From Bugula neritina (Eukaryota > Animalia > Bryozoa): a DNA stretch of 64,000 nt. A program made the translations under genes and the position numbers. The notes beneath the pieces were generated by a model. It was not told where the DNA came from and made no database searches. It saw only the letters and a list, made by a program, of their open reading frames with translations. Below, piece after piece: positions 60,501 through 64,000 of the stretch (positions are counted from its first letter, which is position 1; every line of letters begins with the position of its first letter). The stretch covers positions 372,001 to 436,000 of the forward strand of contig CAXIUT010000183.1 in NCBI GenBank assembly GCA_964035545.1, given 5' to 3'.

Positions 60501-63500
60501 ATACATCGCAAAAGACTACAACATACTGAAATACACTGTAACATATTGAAATACACTGCAACACATTGAAATATACTGCAACCTATAGAAATATATGGTA
60601 AACTACTGAAATATACTGTAACACATTGAAAAATATTGCATCATACTGAAATATACTGCGACATAATGCAATATTCTGTAACATACTGAGATATGCTGTA
60701 GCACACTGAAATACACTACAACTCACTGAAACATACTGCAACATACTGAAATACACTGTAACATCCTACAACATACTGAAATACACAGTAACATATTGAA
60801 ATACACTGCAACACACTAAAATATACTGCAACATACCTAAATATACGGTAATATACTGAAATATACTGTATCACATTGAAAAATACTGCAAGATACTGAA
60901 ATATACTGTGACACATTGCAATATACTGTAACATACTGAAATATGCTCAAGCACACTGAAACACACTGCACCTCACTGAAACATACTGCAACATACTGAA
61001 ATACACTGCAACATCCTACAACATACTGAAATACACTGCAACATATTGAAAGACACTGCAAGACAATGAAATATACTGCAACATACTGAAATATACTGTA
61101 ACACACTGAAATATACTGCAACATACTGAAATACACCACTACATACTGAAATATACTGCAACATACTGCAACATACTGAAATACACTGTAACATACTGAA
61201 ATACACTGCAAGAAACTACAACATATTGAAATACACTGCAACACATTGAAATATACTGCAACATACCTAAATATACGGTAATATAGCGGAAAAAAACTGT
61301 AACAGATTGACAAATTCTGCAACATACTGAAATATACTGCGACACATTGCAATATACTGTAACATACTGAAACATGCTCTAGCACACTGAAATACACTGC
61401 AACCCAGTGAAATATACTGCAACATACGGAAATACACTGCAACACATTGAAATACACTGCAACATACCAAAATAAATGGTAAACTACTGAAATATACTTT
61501 AACACATTGAAAAATACTGCAACATACTGAAATATACTGTAACACACTGAAATATACTGCAACATACTGAAATACACTGTAACATATTGAAATACACTGC
61601 AACAAACTACAACATATTGAAATACACTGCAACGCATTGAAAGACACTGCAACACATTGAAATATACTGCAATATACCAATATATATGGTAAACTGCTGA
61701 AATATACTTTAACACATTGAAAAATACTGCAACATACTGAAATATACTGTAACACACTGAAATATACTGCAACATACTGCAACAATCTGAAATACACTGT
61801 AACATACTGAAATACACTGCAACAAACTACAACATATTGAAATACACTGCAACACATTGAAATATACTGCAACATACCTAAATATACGGTAATATACCGA
61901 AAAAAAACTGTAACAGATTGAAAAATTCTGCAACATACCGAAATAAACTGCAACACACTGAAATACACCGCAAAATACTACAACATGCTGAAATACACTG
62001 TAACATATTGAAATACACTGCAACACTTTGAAATATACTGCAACATACCGAAATATATGTTAAACTATTAAAATATACTGTAACACTTTGAAAAACAGTG
62101 CAACATACTGAAACATACTGCGACACTTTGCAATGTACTGTAACATACTGAAATATGCTGTAGCACACTGAAATACACTGCAACTCACTGAAATATACTG
62201 CAACATATTGAAATACACTGCAACATCCTACAACATGCTAAAATACACGGTAACATATTGAAATACAGTACAACACGTTGAAATATACTGCAACATACCG
62301 GAATATATGGTAAAGTACTGAAATATACTGTAACACACTGAAAAATACTGCAACATACTGAAATATACTCTGACACATTGCAATATACTGCAACATACCA
62401 AAATATATGGTAAACTACTGAAATATACTTTAACACATTGAAAAATACTGCCACATACTGAAATATACTGTAACACACTGAAATATACTGCAACATACTG
62501 AAATACACTGTAACATACTGAAATAAACTGCAACATACCAAAATATATGGTAAACTACTGAAATATACTTTAACACATTGAAAAATCCTGCAACATACTA
62601 AAATATACTGCGACACATTGCAATATACTGTAACATACTGAAATATGCTCTAGCACACTGAAATACACTGCAACTCACTGAAATATACTGCAACATACTG
62701 AAATACACTGCAACACATTGAAATATACTGCAACCTACAGAAATAGGTGGTAAACTACTGAAATATACTGTAACACATTGAAAAATACTGCAACATACTG
62801 AAATATACTGCGACACATTGTAATATACTGTAACATACTGAAACATACTGTAGCACACTGAAATAGACTGCAGCTCACTGAAATATACTGCATTATACTG
62901 AAATTCACTGCAGCATCCTACAACATGCTGAAATACACTGTAACATATTGAAATACACTGCAACAAACTACAACATATTGAAATACACTGCAACGCATTG
63001 AAAGACACTGCAACACATTGAAATATACTGCAACCTATAGAAATATATGGTAAACTACTGAAATATACTGTAACACATTGAAAAATACTGCAACATACTG
63101 AAACATACTGCGACACATTGCAATATACTGTAACATACTGAAACATGCTGTAGCACACTGAAATAGACTGCAGCTCACTGAAATATACTGCAACATACTG
63201 AAATTCACTGCAGCATCCTACAACATGCTGAAATACACTGTAACATATTGAAATACACTGCAACACATTGAAATATACTGCAACATACCGCAATATATGG
63301 TAAACTACTGAAATATACTGTAACACATTGAAAAATACTGCATCATACTGAAATAAACTGCGACATAATGCAATATTCTGTAACATACTGAGATATGCTG
63401 TAGCACACTGAAATACACTGCAACTCACTGAAATATACTGCAACATACTGAAAAACACTGTAACATATTGAGACATACTGCAACATACTGCAACATACTG

Positions 63501-64000
63501 AAATACACTGTAACATCCTGAAATACATTGCAAAATACTGCAACATATTGAAATACACTGCAACACATTGAAATACACTGCAACATACCTAAATATCCGG
63601 TAATATACTGAAATATACTGTAACACATTGAAAAATACTGCAACATACTGAAATACACTGCAACCCACTGAAATACATCGCAAAAGACTACAACATACTG
63701 AAATACACTGTAACATATTGAAATACACTGCAACACATTGAAATATACTGCAACCTATAGAAATATATGGTAAACTACTGAAATATACTGTAACGCATTG
63801 AAAAATACTGCAACATACTGAAATATACTGTAACAAACTGAAATATACTGCAACATACTGAAATACACTGTAACATACTGAAATAAACTGCAACATACTG
63901 AAGTACACTGCAACATCCTACAACATACTGAAATACAATGTAACATATTGAAACACACTGCAACACATTGAAATATACTGCCATGTACCGAATTATATGG
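48600..64000. repeat. Higher-order repeat domain 4: 3.55-4.2-kb units paired into a ~7.75-8.0-kb super-repeat
   Basis: Landmarks at 49200/52962/57164/60716 (offsets 3762, 4202, 3552). Alternate copies share private SNPs. Confidence 0.85.

Larger units (their letters stand above)
1589..64000. repeat. Large satellite array based on a 10-bp unit and 20-bp dimer (consensus ACATACTGAAATATACTGCA), with 100-430-bp monomers and kb-scale higher-order repeats; extends beyond the right edge
   Basis: Continuous 10-bp periodic sequence (ACTG[A/C/T]AA in nearly every decamer), one orientation throughout, + strand A/C-rich and G-poor. Recurrent diagnostic variants recur at fixed offsets, also visible as identical spurious ORFs. 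Confidence 0.98.

Noticed and set aside
1541-63984. Hundreds of minus-strand ORFs (63-522 aa) rich in C/S/V/F/Q/Y/I
   Set aside because: They overlap in all three frames, are translations of the stop-free 20-bp satellite unit, have 10-bp rather than codon periodicity, and show no recognisable domain.
1589-64000. CRISPR-like or other repeat-spacer array
   Set aside because: There are no unique spacers; the sequence between landmarks is the same degenerate decamer. No cas genes, and the context is eukaryotic.
1589-64000. Telomerase-type telomeric repeat
   Set aside because: No TTAGGG/TTAGG-like G-runs, and the kb-scale HOR structure implies recombinational amplification rather than templated addition. 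A subtelomeric location cannot be excluded.
1589-64000. Whole array as an assembly or sequencing artefact
   Set aside because: HOR copies carry consistent, hierarchically shared private SNPs, which collapse or noise would not generate. Individual duplications still need read validation.

Overview
Eukaryotic (probably metazoan) heterochromatic DNA with two parts. (1) 1-1588 is the 3' end of a Gypsy/Metaviridae LTR retrotransposon on the + strand. It carries the integrase core and GPY/F region, fused out of frame to only the last ~37 codons of RNase H, then a polypurine tract and a complete 565-bp 3' LTR (TGTCACAAA...TTTGTGACA). Integrase upstream of RNase H is the Gmr1-like domain order, and the RT appears to have been deleted. 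The LTR is dense in stress/immune transcription-factor motifs (HSE, Rel/NF-kB, C/EBP, FOXO, MEF2/TATA). (2) 1589-64000 is one uninterrupted, single-orientation satellite array running off the right edge. It is hierarchical: a 10-bp unit, a 20-bp dimer (ACATACTGAA ATATACTGCA), 100-430-bp monomers (ancestrally ~250 bp) each marked by a 17-bp TACC-N9-GGTA dyad, about 16 recognisable monomer types in a constrained order, and regional higher-order repeats of about 4.3, 5.75, 2.8, 3.6-4.2 and 7.75 kb. The 10-bp register is kept almost everywhere except at two poly-A-bearing monomer types. The hundreds of minus-strand C/S/V/F/Q/Y ORFs are artefacts of the repeat. No host genes, RNA genes or CRISPR arrays are supported.
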